NCBI GenBank assembly: GCA_965237775.1
Contig: OZ250155.1
Coordinates: 4,831,814-4,895,813, forward strand
Direction: 5' to 3'
DNA: 64,000 bases
Source: Dehalococcoidia bacterium
GTDB taxonomy: Bacteria; Chloroflexota; Dehalococcoidia; Lucifugimonadales; UBA3495
Shown: positions 9,317 through 18,866 of the stretch, in pieces
How positions within the stretch are numbered: position 1 is the stretch's first letter
Layout of the letters: every line of letters begins with the position of its first letter
The notes under the pieces: model-generated
What the model was told of the DNA's origin: nothing
The model's database searches: none
Seen by the model: only the letters and a program-made list of their open reading frames with translations
Position numbers and translations under genes: made by a program

Positions 9317-9544
9317 CTAGTGGCCGCAGCCGCAACCACCGCCGCAGCAACCGCCACCACCCATTGGGGGCAGGGGGCTGAAACCCGTCTCGCCGGACGC
9401 GCCGCGTGTCATGGACGCAAACACAGACATCGCCCGCTTGGCGGGCTGCTCGCAGTTGGGGCAGTCCGCGCCGGTGGCGCTCATGGGCTGCAGCTTGTCA
9501 AACTTGTGCTCGCAGGTCGGGCAGAAATATTCGTAAAGAGGCAT
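9317..9544 (-). CDS. FmdB-family zinc-ribbon protein
   Basis: MPLYEYFCPTCEHKF...CPNCE (CxxC...CxxC) with a Gly/Cys-rich tail GGGGCCGGGCGCGH. Confidence 0.8.
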   Translation of the reverse strand: MPLYEYFCPTCEHKFDKLQPMSATGADCPNCEQPAKRAMSVFASMTRGASGETGFSPLPPMGGGGCCGGGCGCGH

Positions 9545-9800
9545 AACTTATCCTTCCTCATATAGTCCGTGTTGAAAGGAAGCCCGGATGTGAAAAACTT
9601 GGTCGCGTTGGGCTTGTCTTGAATCTAACCGACTCGGCAATAGCAGTCAAGCGTTCACCCTCCCCGCCGGGAATATCCAATGCTTGACACCCCCTCTAGC
9701 GGGTGTCAGACTGGCTTCGGTAGCCTCATTAACGGCGCCAATGTTACCGGTGGTCCTGGGAGTGGTCACCGGCGACCTAATCGACATTCAGGAGGAGAAC

Positions 9801-10007
9801 ATGGCCGACGTCAAGATCGAGATCCGAGCCAACGGTCCAAGCCGCGTCTACGGCCCAATCGAGATCGTGGACCAGGACGGAAATAACTACACCCTTCCGG
9901 AAGGACAATGGGTCACCCTGTGCCGCTGTGGCCAATCCGTAAACAAACCCTATTGCGATGGGACACACCGGGAAGTTGGGTTCGAGGCTCCGAGCAAGGC
10001 TAGTTAA
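9801..10007 (+). CDS. CDGSH iron-sulfur domain protein
   Basis: CRCGQSVNKPYCDGTH motif. Start trimmed to ATG 9801 (MADVKIEI...), preceded by AGGAGGA; the track ORF starts at 9684. Confidence 0.8.
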   Translation: MADVKIEIRANGPSRVYGPIEIVDQDGNNYTLPEGQWVTLCRCGQSVNKPYCDGTHREVGFEAPSKAS

Positions 10008-10072
10008 TCACCCGTCTGAATCGGAGGGTCCACCAACCAGCGGGTTTGAGGATCATCTGCCCCGGAACAAAC

Positions 10073-10112
10073 GACAGGCCGGAGAAGCGCTTCTCCGGCC
10101 TGTCCCTTTTCG
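10073..10112. terminator. Bidirectional rho-independent terminator between convergent genes
   Basis: GACAGGCCGGAGAAGC/GCTTCTCCGGCCTGTC perfect hairpin followed by CCTTTTCG. The T-rich run GTTTGTT is on the opposite strand. Confidence 0.75.
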
Positions 10113-10148
10113 TTGGTCACATCGACCAAGTCTGACGGAATTCTCGCG

Positions 10149-11219
10149 CTAGCGGGGGCGGTGCATGTTCCTGATACCTCTCACAGAGTTCAACCGCTGC
10201 TCGGCCAAACGGTCTGCCGCCGTCGCCGTCGACACCTCTTGATTCTTCGAAATTTCGATGATCCGTCCCATGATCTCGTAGATCCGTTCCGTCTTCTCCT
10301 GGGCGCGTTCGGCGTTGTAGGGGGCGTCGATTTCAGCGGAGACGTTGATTATCCCCCCTGCGTTTACCACGTAGTCCGGCGCGTATAGAATCCCGCGCCG
10401 GTGCAGGTCCTCGCCGTCGGCCTCGGTTAGGAGCTGGTTGTTGGCGCCTCCGGCCACGACCCGCGATTTTATCCGAGGGATCGACTTCGTGTTGATCACG
10501 CCCCCCAGGGCGCAAGGGGAAAAGATGTCGCATTCAACGTCCAAGATCTTCTCCGGCTCCACCACCTTGATCCCCATGTCCCGGGCACGGTCGAGGGCTT
10601 CATCGAATATATCGGTCACCACCAATCGGCTGTCCTCTTCCAACAAGTGAGTCGCCGCCTTGGTCGCCACCTTTCCGAACCCCTGCATGGCAACCTGCTT
10701 GCCCCGCAGGGAGTCTGAACCCCAGACCTCCTTTGCACAGGCCTTCATGCCCATGTACAAGCCCAGCCCGGTCATGATGGAGGTGTCGCCGCTGCCCCCA
10801 GCCGTGGTGGGCAGGCCCTTCACGTATTCGGTCTCCTGGTGGATGTACTCCAGGTCTCGGGAGGTGCTGCCCACGTCCGTCGTGGTCAGGTAACGGCCTC
10901 CCAGGGTATCAACGAACCGCCCGTAGGCACGCATCAACGCCTCAGTCTTATCGGTGCGAGAGTCGGCGATTATGACTGCCTTGCCTCCGCCCAGGGGGAT
11001 GTCCGCAGCCGCCGACTTATAGGTCATAGCCCGCGACAGCCGAAGGGCGTCCTGCAACGCTTCGTCCTCGCTGGCGTAGGGCCAGATGCGGACCCCGCCG
11101 CACCCGGGCCCCAGGGTCGTGTCGTGGATGGCGATTATGGCCCGCAATCCAGCGCCAGGGTCAGTGCAAAAAAGCACTTCCTCATATCCGCCTGCGCCCA
11201 TTCGCTCCAATATGTCCAT
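10149..11219 (-). CDS. Leucine/phenylalanine/valine dehydrogenase (Glu/Leu/Phe/Val dehydrogenase family)
   Basis: HDTTLGPGCGGVRIWPY...LSRAMTYKSAAADIPLGGGKAVI. Start trimmed to ATG 11219 (MDILERMG), preceded by GGAGGAGG. Confidence 0.8.
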   Translation of the reverse strand: MDILERMGAGGYEEVLFCTDPGAGLRAIIAIHDTTLGPGCGGVRIWPYASEDEALQDALRLSRAMTYKSAAADIPLGGGKAVIIADSRTDKTEALMRAYGRFVDTLGGRYLTTTDVGSTSRDLEYIHQETEYVKGLPTTAGGSGDTSIMTGLGLYMGMKACAKEVWGSDSLRGKQVAMQGFGKVATKAATHLLEEDSRLVVTDIFDEALDRARDMGIKVVEPEKILDVECDIFSPCALGGVINTKSIPRIKSRVVAGGANNQLLTEADGEDLHRRGILYAPDYVVNAGGIINVSAEIDAPYNAERAQEKTERIYEIMGRIIEISKNQEVSTATAADRLAEQRLNSVRGIRNMHRPR

Positions 11220-11465
11220 GGCCTGCCACCTCCTCCAACGAGTCTGGCAACGAGTCTGGCTCGATGAGACACCGCCCCTGTCCATTTTAGGATGCGGTAC
11301 AGTCGCGGTTGAGACCACCCGCTCCTAACATCGCGAACGCCAATGACACATATCTATTATAGACCCTGCGGTCTCCCAACATACTGTCGCTTACATTACG
11401 ACTTCTAACCAATGGTCTCCAAAATCAGTCCACGTTCATCCGTCCCGGTAATGGGCCGCAGCCGA

Positions 11466-11494
11466 TTGAGTAGATGCAAGCGACCTAGTATAAT
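11466..11494 (+). promoter_or_regulatory. Near-consensus sigma-70 promoter
   Basis: TTGAGT (11466-11471), 17 nt, TATAAT (11489-11494). Confidence 0.55.
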
Positions 11495-11557
11495 CTTCTA
11501 CGAGCACCACACAACTTCTGGGACCAGCTCTAGATTCAAAACAGGAGGATGAGGGAG

Positions 11558-12001
11558 ATGACACAGCCAGCGATGCATGCCCAGATGGGGGGCGATACCG
11601 GTGGCTCGGAAGAGCTTATCCAGGCGGGATCCGTGACCTTCGGGCTGCAATACCGTACCAACGTCGGCACAATGAACGATGAAGGTATCTGTATCCACGT
11701 CTATGGGAACGACATCGCCAACGAGGATAAGGAGTTGCTCCGGTTCGACTGTTTCCGGATGAACCCCCACTACCACTACCGCAACAAGGGAGCGGACAAG
11801 AACATCCGGTTGGAACTGGACTTCACCGCCGAGGGCGACCCCCTGGCCTGGACCCTCGACAAGATCAGGAACCGGCTGCCCATCATGCTGCTGCGCTGCG
11901 ACGCTGACGACATCGCACGGACAGTGGACCAACGGGACGTGAACAACGCGCTCCCCAAGATCGTGGCCTGGGCCGAGACCAAGACTCACCGCAGAGGTTA
12001 A
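11558..12001 (+). CDS. Hypothetical protein (no family recognised)
   Basis: Clean 147-aa ORF with AGGAGG 9 nt upstream of ATG 11558, plus its own promoter and terminator. Contains LRFDCFRMNPHYHY. Confidence 0.6.
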   Translation: MTQPAMHAQMGGDTGGSEELIQAGSVTFGLQYRTNVGTMNDEGICIHVYGNDIANEDKELLRFDCFRMNPHYHYRNKGADKNIRLELDFTAEGDPLAWTLDKIRNRLPIMLLRCDADDIARTVDQRDVNNALPKIVAWAETKTHRRG

Positions 12002-12061
12002 CCAGACCACCGCACCTAGCTACGGTCCGCGTTCCGGGCTGGGCATGGCGATACTCGAGAG

Positions 12062-12087
12062 GGACCCCGGCATGTCCGGGGTCCTTT
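12062..12087 (+). terminator. Rho-independent terminator
   Basis: GGACCCCGG-CATGT-CCGGGGTCC followed by TTT. Confidence 0.65.
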
Positions 12088-12151
12088 GCCGTATGTTAAA
12101 ATCCTCAGCGACCCGGCCAAACGCTGATCTGCACGCCAACCTGGAGGACAC

Positions 12152-12676
12152 ATGCCCAAACAGTATCCCAGCCCCCCGGACATGAGCATTGACCCGAGCA
12201 AGACCTACACCGCCTCGGTCCAGACGAGTCAAGGCGAGATGGTCTTGGAGCTATTTCCCGGCGACGCTCCCGCCACGGTGAACAATTTCGTTTTCCTGGC
12301 CAGGGACGGTTTCTACGATGACGGTTGTTTCCACCGGATAATCCGTGGCTTTATGATCCAGGGCGGCTGCCCACTGGGCACGGGGACCGGCGGCCCCGGT
12401 TACCGCTTCAACGACGAACCCGTGACCAGAAGCTACACCAAGGGAATTCTCGCCATGGCCAACGCGGGCCCCAACACCAATGGCAGCCAGTTCTTCATCG
12501 TCCATGGCGACGACGCGGGTCTGCCTCCCAATTACACCATCTTCGGCAGGCTGACTTCCGGGGAAGATGTCCTGGACACGCTGGCGAATTCACCCGTAAG
12601 CGCGGGCTCCCGGGGCGAACAGTCGACTCCCGCCGAGCGATTGAGCATACAGAGTATTCAGATCACAGAGAGCTAG
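12152..12676 (+). CDS. Peptidyl-prolyl cis-trans isomerase, cyclophilin type
   Basis: FHRIIRGFMIQGGCP, GGPGYRFNDE, MANAGPNTNGSQFFI. Confidence 0.9.
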   Translation: MPKQYPSPPDMSIDPSKTYTASVQTSQGEMVLELFPGDAPATVNNFVFLARDGFYDDGCFHRIIRGFMIQGGCPLGTGTGGPGYRFNDEPVTRSYTKGILAMANAGPNTNGSQFFIVHGDDAGLPPNYTIFGRLTSGEDVLDTLANSPVSAGSRGEQSTPAERLSIQSIQITES

Positions 12677-12714
12677 GTCCGCGAGTTTAGGCCGGAAAGA
12701 TCAGACCGCAGATC

Positions 12715-14046
12715 TCAGGCCGTGGCCGAAGGTATTTCGGTCCGCTGCGGTACAGCCGGAAACCTGGGTCTCCGGGCTAAGAGGAAGAGAACTCCTCCAA
12801 AGAAGTTAAGCCCAGCCAGAATCAGGAACGCTTCGTTGTAGGTGCCCAGCCGGTCTCTCATGTAACCGGCCATCGGCGACGATATCAGCAGCAGCAAGTT
12901 CATTGGGACCGTTGATAGCCCTAGTATCTTGCCAAAAGAGGTCCTGCCGAAGTACTCGCCGCGCACCGCCACCGTCAGCGGGTTCCGGCCCCCAAAACCG
13001 ATACCGAAGAGGACGGCAAACAGGAAGAAAGTGGACAGGGACGTAGCGGTGGTCAAAACAACTACCGCCCCTGCCTGAATGCTTGTAAAGATGAACAGGG
13101 CAATCCGCTTCGGGACTCGGTCTCCCACATACCCGCCCACTAATTGGAACCCCATCGCCACCACGGTATAGACCGCTATGATCCAGCCCGTCATCTGCAC
13201 CGTGTACCCCTTGTCTTCGATCAGCAAGCCCAGATGGGACATGATGGCGAGAATCACCATGGATGTGAACCCGTGGCCGAAGGAGATGAGCCAAAAGGCG
13301 GATGTCCTCAAAGCCTGGGATGCGGTGAGGTCTCCTTCGGCGGCGCTCTGGGCACGGGAGGCCGGACCCTGGGCCGCAGCCCCTGAGGAAGGAGACGCCG
13401 GAGGATCGCCATCAGGAAGTAGCCCGTATTCCTGGGGCCGGTTGCGAATAACCCTGGAGATGGGAAAGGCGATCGCAACGACGAATATACCGAGGCATAT
13501 GGCGGTTAGCGACCAGCCCAGCCGGTCCTGGTCCGGGTCGACGGCCCAGGCTATCGCGGGCACGATTAAGAGGGCTCCGAACCGGCTGCCCACGTTGGCC
13601 CATCCGATGGCCACCGCCCTGCGCCGGGAGAACCAGTGGTTCAGCATGGTCATCATGGGGACCCAGCTCCCCATTCCCTGCCCCAGAGCCATAATAATGT
13701 AGGCCATGTAGAACATCCAGAGGTTCTGCACACGGCCAAAGAACATAAAACCGGCCCCGGTTATCAGCAGCCCGATCAACACCATCCTGCGGGTGCCGAT
13801 CTTGTCCGTCAGGTATCCCTCCAGCGGTCCCATGATGCCGCCTTCGATCCTGGTGAAGGTCAGGGCCCACCCCAGTTGAGCGCGGCTCCAGCCAAACTGC
13901 CGCTCCATCGCCACAGCCCATACGCTCATGGCATGAAACAGGGGGCCGGTGGCGATAACCATGACGAACCCGCTGATTGCGACCAGCCACCAACCGTAGT
14001 ACACGCCCTTCAGACGCCCGTATTGCTGGGTAAAGTCGGGAGACAA
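12715..14046 (-). CDS. MFS transporter
   Basis: About 12 predicted TM segments with a central hydrophilic loop. LTDKIGTRR motif between TM2 and TM3. TTG start. Confidence 0.75.
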   Translation of the reverse strand: MSPDFTQQYGRLKGVYYGWWLVAISGFVMVIATGPLFHAMSVWAVAMERQFGWSRAQLGWALTFTRIEGGIMGPLEGYLTDKIGTRRMVLIGLLITGAGFMFFGRVQNLWMFYMAYIIMALGQGMGSWVPMMTMLNHWFSRRRAVAIGWANVGSRFGALLIVPAIAWAVDPDQDRLGWSLTAICLGIFVVAIAFPISRVIRNRPQEYGLLPDGDPPASPSSGAAAQGPASRAQSAAEGDLTASQALRTSAFWLISFGHGFTSMVILAIMSHLGLLIEDKGYTVQMTGWIIAVYTVVAMGFQLVGGYVGDRVPKRIALFIFTSIQAGAVVVLTTATSLSTFFLFAVLFGIGFGGRNPLTVAVRGEYFGRTSFGKILGLSTVPMNLLLLISSPMAGYMRDRLGTYNEAFLILAGLNFFGGVLFLLARRPRFPAVPQRTEIPSATA

Positions 14047-14203
14047 GACTGAACGGACCGCTCCTGTATGGTCTGGGAGATTCCACCGTCGTCGGTGGGC
14101 ACGAGGTTGCCGATCAGTAGTATATCATCATACTGAATAGAATAGACCGCATATCATCATGTAATGTTTCGGTCGTCGACCGCTGCTCAGCCTCGGCGGC
14201 TGC

Positions 14204-15049
14204 TTAGTCCAGCTCACCGCTCCCTGATTCCACCCACAGCCGGTACACCGTGTTCCTGGCCAACTCCAGGCCCTCGCTGACCTTCGCGACTGCATCCCGC
14301 GACCTTACACCGGATTTCCGAAGAGCTCTAAGTTGCCGCCCGGCCTCTTCGAGGACTTCCTGGGTCGGACCGGCCCGCAGCGAGTCCGGAGACACACCCT
14401 TTACTATTATTACGAACTCGCCCCTGGGTCCCGCGAAGTGGGAAATGGCCTGAGATGTTGGTCCCCTGTAGACTTCTTCGTGAAGCTTGGTAAGCTCGCG
14501 GCAAACGGCGAGTTCCCGGTCTCCCAGCGCCTCCAGCATATCGGACAGGGTTTCTTTCAGACGGTGAGGCGCCTCGAATATGACCAACGTGTCCAACGAG
14601 TTAATGAGAGGCCGGAGCCGTTCCTTGCGGTCACCGCTCCGTCGGGGCAAGAACCCCAGGAATTGGAACCCATCTCCGGACATGCCTGACACCGAAAGAG
14701 CCGTGGTTACCGCGGAGACCCCCGGCACCGCCTCCACCCTGTGACCCGCCGCCGCGGCCATCGCCACTAGCTCGCTACCAGGGTCGCTGATCCCCGGCAT
14801 CCCCGCATCGGTGACCAATGCTACGTCGCCCGCGGCCAATGCCTCCATCAATCCGGGCAACCGCTGCTGCCTGTTGTGGTCGTTGTAGCTGACCATGCGA
14901 ACACGCAAACCGAGATGCCGGAGCAGCCTGACGGTGACCCTAGTGTCCTCCGCCGCCACTAGGCCAACCTCGCCCAGCACCCGCGCCGCCCTGGGCGTCA
15001 GGTCTTCAAGGTTGCCGATAGGTGTGCCGACTACGTAGAGAGTGCCCAT
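14204..15049 (-). CDS. rsmI: 16S rRNA (cytidine1402-2'-O)-methyltransferase
   Basis: GTLYVVGTPIGNLEDLTPRA N-terminus and tetrapyrrole-methylase fold pattern. Confidence 0.85.
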   Translation of the reverse strand: MGTLYVVGTPIGNLEDLTPRAARVLGEVGLVAAEDTRVTVRLLRHLGLRVRMVSYNDHNRQQRLPGLMEALAAGDVALVTDAGMPGISDPGSELVAMAAAAGHRVEAVPGVSAVTTALSVSGMSGDGFQFLGFLPRRSGDRKERLRPLINSLDTLVIFEAPHRLKETLSDMLEALGDRELAVCRELTKLHEEVYRGPTSQAISHFAGPRGEFVIIVKGVSPDSLRAGPTQEVLEEAGRQLRALRKSGVRSRDAVAKVSEGLELARNTVYRLWVESGSGELD

Positions 15050-15320
15050 ATTTCATACTGCGCCATGGCTGGCGTCATTCAACGCCCAATGTCCCCACTT
15101 ATACTTTCCGGCCCGCGCAACCTGTGGCCCGCGCCCCCGGCCTCCGGCCCCCGGCCCCCGCTCATTCTGAGCGGAGCGCAGCGGAGTCGAAGAACCCCCT
15201 CAACTGCGCCAGCCCGGCGGTTTTGAATGTATCCAGCTTTCCTTATATGATATTACACGCTGCCCCAAAGACAGACCGCACGGCTTCCAACAACTTAGCT
15301 AACCGCTATTAGGAGATACC

Positions 15321-16991
15321 ATGCCCACTCTTACCGGCGCTCACCTATTTATCCGATGCCTGAAACTCGAAGGTGTCAAGAAGGTGTTCACCATTGTCGG
15401 CGACACAATCCTACCCCTGGTGGACGCCGCCCACGAAGAGGGGATCGAGTTCATCGACACCCGCCACGAGGGCGCGGCAATGCACATGGCCGACGCCTAC
15501 GCCCGCATCACCGGAGAACCCTCGGTGGGCATATTCACCGGCGGGCCCGGGTTTGCCAACGCCATCTCCGGGCTTCCCGCGATCTACACCTCGGAGAGTC
15601 CGGTCATATTCGTCGCGGGCTGCGCCGAACTGCCGGAAAAAGGCATGGTCACATTTCAGGAGATCGACCAAATCGCCATGGCCGCTCCCGTAACCAAGGG
15701 CTCCTGGCTGGTCCACGACACCACGCGCATCCCTGAGTTCGTCGCCACCGCCTTCCGCACCGCGATGTCGGGCAGGCCCGGCCCTGTTCACCTCACCCTG
15801 CCCATCGACCTCCAAGAAGCTGAAATTGCTGAAGACGACCTGCCAAAGTTCCTCCCCCAGGAATACCGGAACGCAGGCCGCGCCCACGGGGACCCCGCCA
15901 TGATTGAAGAAGCCGCGGCCTTGCTGCGAGGGGCGCAACGGCCCGTCGTCATCGTCGGCAACCCGGCCCGTTACTCCGTCGCGCCGGAACAACTCGAGGC
16001 CCTGGCCGAGACCACCGGAGTCCCCGTGTTCACCGTGGAGCAGGCCAGGGGACTTCTGGACGACGAACACCCCCTTTGCTTCGGCTACGCCGACGGGGCG
16101 CTCAACCCCACGGCCCGGCGGTTCCGCGAGGCCGACGTGGCGCTGCTCTTGGGGAAACGGCTCGACCACCGCTACCGTTACGGCCAGGTATTCAACGGCG
16201 ACGCTAAAATAATCCAGGCCGACCCTTCAGAGGCGGAGATAGGCCGCAACCGCGGCGTATCCGTCAGTCTCCTCGGAGACCTCGGCGCAATCGTCGAGCA
16301 GCTTACCGCCGCGGCGAAGCGAGGGGCGAAGTCCGACATTTCAGCATGGACCGACCAGTTGGAAGCGGACCGGAACGGCTGGCTGGATGAACTGCGTTCC
16401 AGGGCCACCGGCGAGGAGCCGATGCACCCGCTGGACATATACACCAGGATAGAAAGCCTGGTGGACGACGACACGTTCATCGTCATGGACGGCGGCGACT
16501 ACGTCCAGTGGGGCCGTTCCTATTTGAAGGCGCGAAAACCGGGCAGGTTCATCCGCCTGGGCCCTCTCAGCCACTTGGGGGCAGGTATCCCTTACGGTAT
16601 GGCCGCCAAGTTGGCCCATCCTGAAAGCAAGGTGCTCGTCCTCATGGGCGACGGTTCCTTCGGCTTCTATACCATGGAGTACGACACCTGCATCCGGCAC
16701 AACCTCCCCATCACCGTGGTCATGGGCAACGATTCCACCTGGGGGATAGACAAGACTTTCCAGTTGGCCTATTTCGACCGCGCCGTGGGCACGGACCTGC
16801 GGTTCATTAGATACGACAAACTGGTCGACGCAATCGGCGGGTACTCCGAATACGTGGAGAAACCCGACGACGTGGCGCCCGCTGTGGAACGCGCCTTCGG
16901 TTCCGGCCTGCCATCTTTGGTAAACGTGGTCGTCCGCTCCGGCGCGAGCCCTCTGGCCGACGCCATGATTGCGCGGCGCACCGGGCAGTAG
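15321..16991 (+). CDS. Thiamine-diphosphate-dependent enzyme (acetolactate synthase / oxalyl-CoA decarboxylase / 2-hydroxyacyl-CoA lyase family)
   Basis: N-terminal TPP-pyrimidine domain RHEGAAMHMADAYARITG. FQEIDQ...PVTK. C-terminal GDGSFGF...N TPP-binding motif. Confidence 0.8.
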   Translation: MPTLTGAHLFIRCLKLEGVKKVFTIVGDTILPLVDAAHEEGIEFIDTRHEGAAMHMADAYARITGEPSVGIFTGGPGFANAISGLPAIYTSESPVIFVAGCAELPEKGMVTFQEIDQIAMAAPVTKGSWLVHDTTRIPEFVATAFRTAMSGRPGPVHLTLPIDLQEAEIAEDDLPKFLPQEYRNAGRAHGDPAMIEEAAALLRGAQRPVVIVGNPARYSVAPEQLEALAETTGVPVFTVEQARGLLDDEHPLCFGYADGALNPTARRFREADVALLLGKRLDHRYRYGQVFNGDAKIIQADPSEAEIGRNRGVSVSLLGDLGAIVEQLTAAAKRGAKSDISAWTDQLEADRNGWLDELRSRATGEEPMHPLDIYTRIESLVDDDTFIVMDGGDYVQWGRSYLKARKPGRFIRLGPLSHLGAGIPYGMAAKLAHPESKVLVLMGDGSFGFYTMEYDTCIRHNLPITVVMGNDSTWGIDKTFQLAYFDRAVGTDLRFIRYDKLVDAIGGYSEYVEKPDDVAPAVERAFGSGLPSLVNVVVRSGASPLADAMIARRTGQ

Positions 16992-17104
16992 CCACCGCTT
17001 GGCGGAGAACTAGACCATGAGAACTGATCTCGTTACGAATCACGGACACCAATAGAACAGTTCTGCCGTTACCAGGATATTATCATCCGGGGATGCGAAT
17101 TTCC

Positions 17105-17133
17105 GTTGACAATCCTGGGCTCCAAGTATATTG
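17105..17133 (+). promoter_or_regulatory. Promoter candidate for RdhA-like paralog 1
   Basis: TTGACA (17105-17110), 17 nt, TATTGT (17128-17133). Confidence 0.4.
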
Positions 17134-17183
17134 TTTTGCTCACGGCTCAATTCATCAACTAAACGACCCTGGGAGGAGCAGAC

Positions 17184-18464
17184 ATGCTTAAGATCGGCCA
17201 TGAAATAGTCCGGCCCGGCCAAAGGTTGGGCGAACCGGAAGTTAATATCCCCGTGCCTGAAGAGCTGGAAACCGTTCCTGGCATCCCTCTCAACAACCGG
17301 GAGGTCGACTGGTACGCGCGGGAGTACCCCCTGGAAAGCATGAACGTCACCGAGCGCGCGTCCCGCGACTGGGCAAACACTCTGCGCGATCAACACGCGG
17401 AAATGCGCGAGATCCGCAAAGAACACGAGAAACTCAATCGCGCCTTGATTATGGCCAGCCGGTTGACTTCCGAATTGGAGCCAACGGCTGAACCCAACGG
17501 TGAAGACCTCACCGAGTTAATCAAGCAGAAGGCCCGGGAACTGGGTTTCTGCGAAGTCGGAATCACCGCCTTCGACCACCGCTACACGTACCAGAGCAAG
17601 AAGAACCTGCTCTCCTACTACCCCAGCGTCATTTGCCTGGTGTACGAGCAGGACTTTGAGCCCACCCAGACCATCCCCAGCGTCGACGCCGAGATCGTCC
17701 ACTCCAGCACCTACCGGACGGAAGGCGCCGCGGCCCTGGAGTTGGGTAACTTCATCCGCTCCCACGGCTACCATGCCCAGGTAACCGGTTCCGGCGACGC
17801 CCCCGGCCCCTACATACCCATGTTCGTCGAAGCCGGCGTGGGCCAGTTGGGCGCTTGCGGCTACCTCTTGACTCCCCACGTGGGAAACCGGTGCCGCTTG
17901 GTCTCGGTCACCACAGACGCGGCCGTCACCTACGACAAGCCCGTCGACTACGGCATTCACGCCTTTTGCCAGGTGTGCCAGGTCTGCGTCAACCGCTGCC
18001 CGGGCCGCGCCCTAATGCGAGATAAGATCTGGTGGCGGGGACTTGAGAAGAACAAGCTCTACTTCAAGCGCTGCCGCCCCGTAATGGCCCGATACCTGGG
18101 TTGCGGCGTCTGCATGAAGGTATGCCCGATCCAGAAGTACGGCCTGAAAAGCGTCATGGAGCACTACGCCCTTACCGGCCAGGTGTTGGGCAAAGGCACC
18201 CACGACCTCGAAGGTTACACGCTGGAAGGAAAGGGCTACTTCGGCCCCGGGGAGCTCCCGACCTTCGACCGGGACTTCTTCAACATGCCTCACGGTTCCG
18301 AGTTCGAATGGGCCTTCGACCGGTTCAAGGACCGGATCAAGGGCACCGGCGGGGAGATCACGGACGAGCTGATGGAGGAATTCCGCAGTGAGATCCAAAA
18401 CCATCTCAGCCGAGAGACCACCGACCAGTTGCAGATGATGGACCAGGACCAAGACTACATCTAG
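17184..18464 (+). CDS. Cytoplasmic reductive-dehalogenase/QueG-superfamily double-[4Fe-4S] protein, paralog 1 of 3
   Basis: 426 aa. FCQVCQVCVNRCP (CxxCxxCxxxCP) and CRPVMARYLGCGVCMKVCP (Cx9CxxCxxxCP), preceded by VEAGVGQLGACGYLLTPHVGNRCRLVSVTTDAAVTYDKPVDYG. No RR/TAT leader and no TM segment. GGGAGGAG Shine-Dalgarno. Confidence 0.7.
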   Translation: MLKIGHEIVRPGQRLGEPEVNIPVPEELETVPGIPLNNREVDWYAREYPLESMNVTERASRDWANTLRDQHAEMREIRKEHEKLNRALIMASRLTSELEPTAEPNGEDLTELIKQKARELGFCEVGITAFDHRYTYQSKKNLLSYYPSVICLVYEQDFEPTQTIPSVDAEIVHSSTYRTEGAAALELGNFIRSHGYHAQVTGSGDAPGPYIPMFVEAGVGQLGACGYLLTPHVGNRCRLVSVTTDAAVTYDKPVDYGIHAFCQVCQVCVNRCPGRALMRDKIWWRGLEKNKLYFKRCRPVMARYLGCGVCMKVCPIQKYGLKSVMEHYALTGQVLGKGTHDLEGYTLEGKGYFGPGELPTFDRDFFNMPHGSEFEWAFDRFKDRIKGTGGEITDELMEEFRSEIQNHLSRETTDQLQMMDQDQDYI

Positions 18465-18507
18465 CAGTTACGGGTAGAAATACCCAAACCTGGCAACCTC
18501 GCAAGAC

Positions 18508-18547
18508 AGGCTGTCCGGGGGTAATTCCCCCGGACAGCCTATTTTCT
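18508..18547 (+). terminator. Rho-independent terminator after paralog 1
   Basis: AGGCTGTCCGGGGG-TAATT-CCCCCGGACAGCCT followed by ATTTTCT. Confidence 0.75.
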
Positions 18548-18768
18548 GGGGGAAACACCGGCCCGTGACCTTTCTGCGCCTACCTTCCCACCGCTGCGGA
18601 ACGCCCCTGGTGGAACCGGCCAAGCAGGACGTAGCCGATACTGGAAGAGTTCGTACCTTCATTACGATTTGCGTACACCTTAAACCCTTGTGTTCTACGA
18701 ATCACTATCTCACCTCAGCTAGGATTGTGAAATATCCAAGAGATATGAAAATTGCTCTCTGTACACTA

Positions 18769-18797
18769 TTGACATCCGCAACGTCGGCATATATTGT
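18769..18797 (+). promoter_or_regulatory. Promoter candidate for RdhA-like paralog 2
   Basis: TTGACA (18769-18774), 17 nt, TATTGT (18792-18797). Same hexamers as the paralog 1 promoter. Confidence 0.4.
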
Positions 18798-18866
18798 GGT
18801 GGGCAGAACTCGGACGCGTGCGTGTCGCGTGCGTCCCATAGAGGGATTTTATTGGGAGGAGAAGAT

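Noticed and set aside
14122-14160. Direct repeat ATATCATCAT at 14122-14131 and 14151-14160 in the AT-rich gap between the MFS transporter start and the rsmI end.
   Set aside because: It could be an operator for the MFS gene. However, it is short and AT-rich, no regulator gene is nearby, and chance occurrence cannot be excluded.
15121-15200. GC-rich intergenic element: CCGGCC(C/T)-type short repeats followed by CATTCTGAGCGGAGCGCAGCGGAGTCGAAGAACCCC. It resembles short REP-like intergenic elements I have seen giving spurious HSERS..ESKNP peptides.
   Set aside because: There is only one copy in this window, so repetitiveness cannot be shown here. A genome-wide count is needed before calling it a repeat family.
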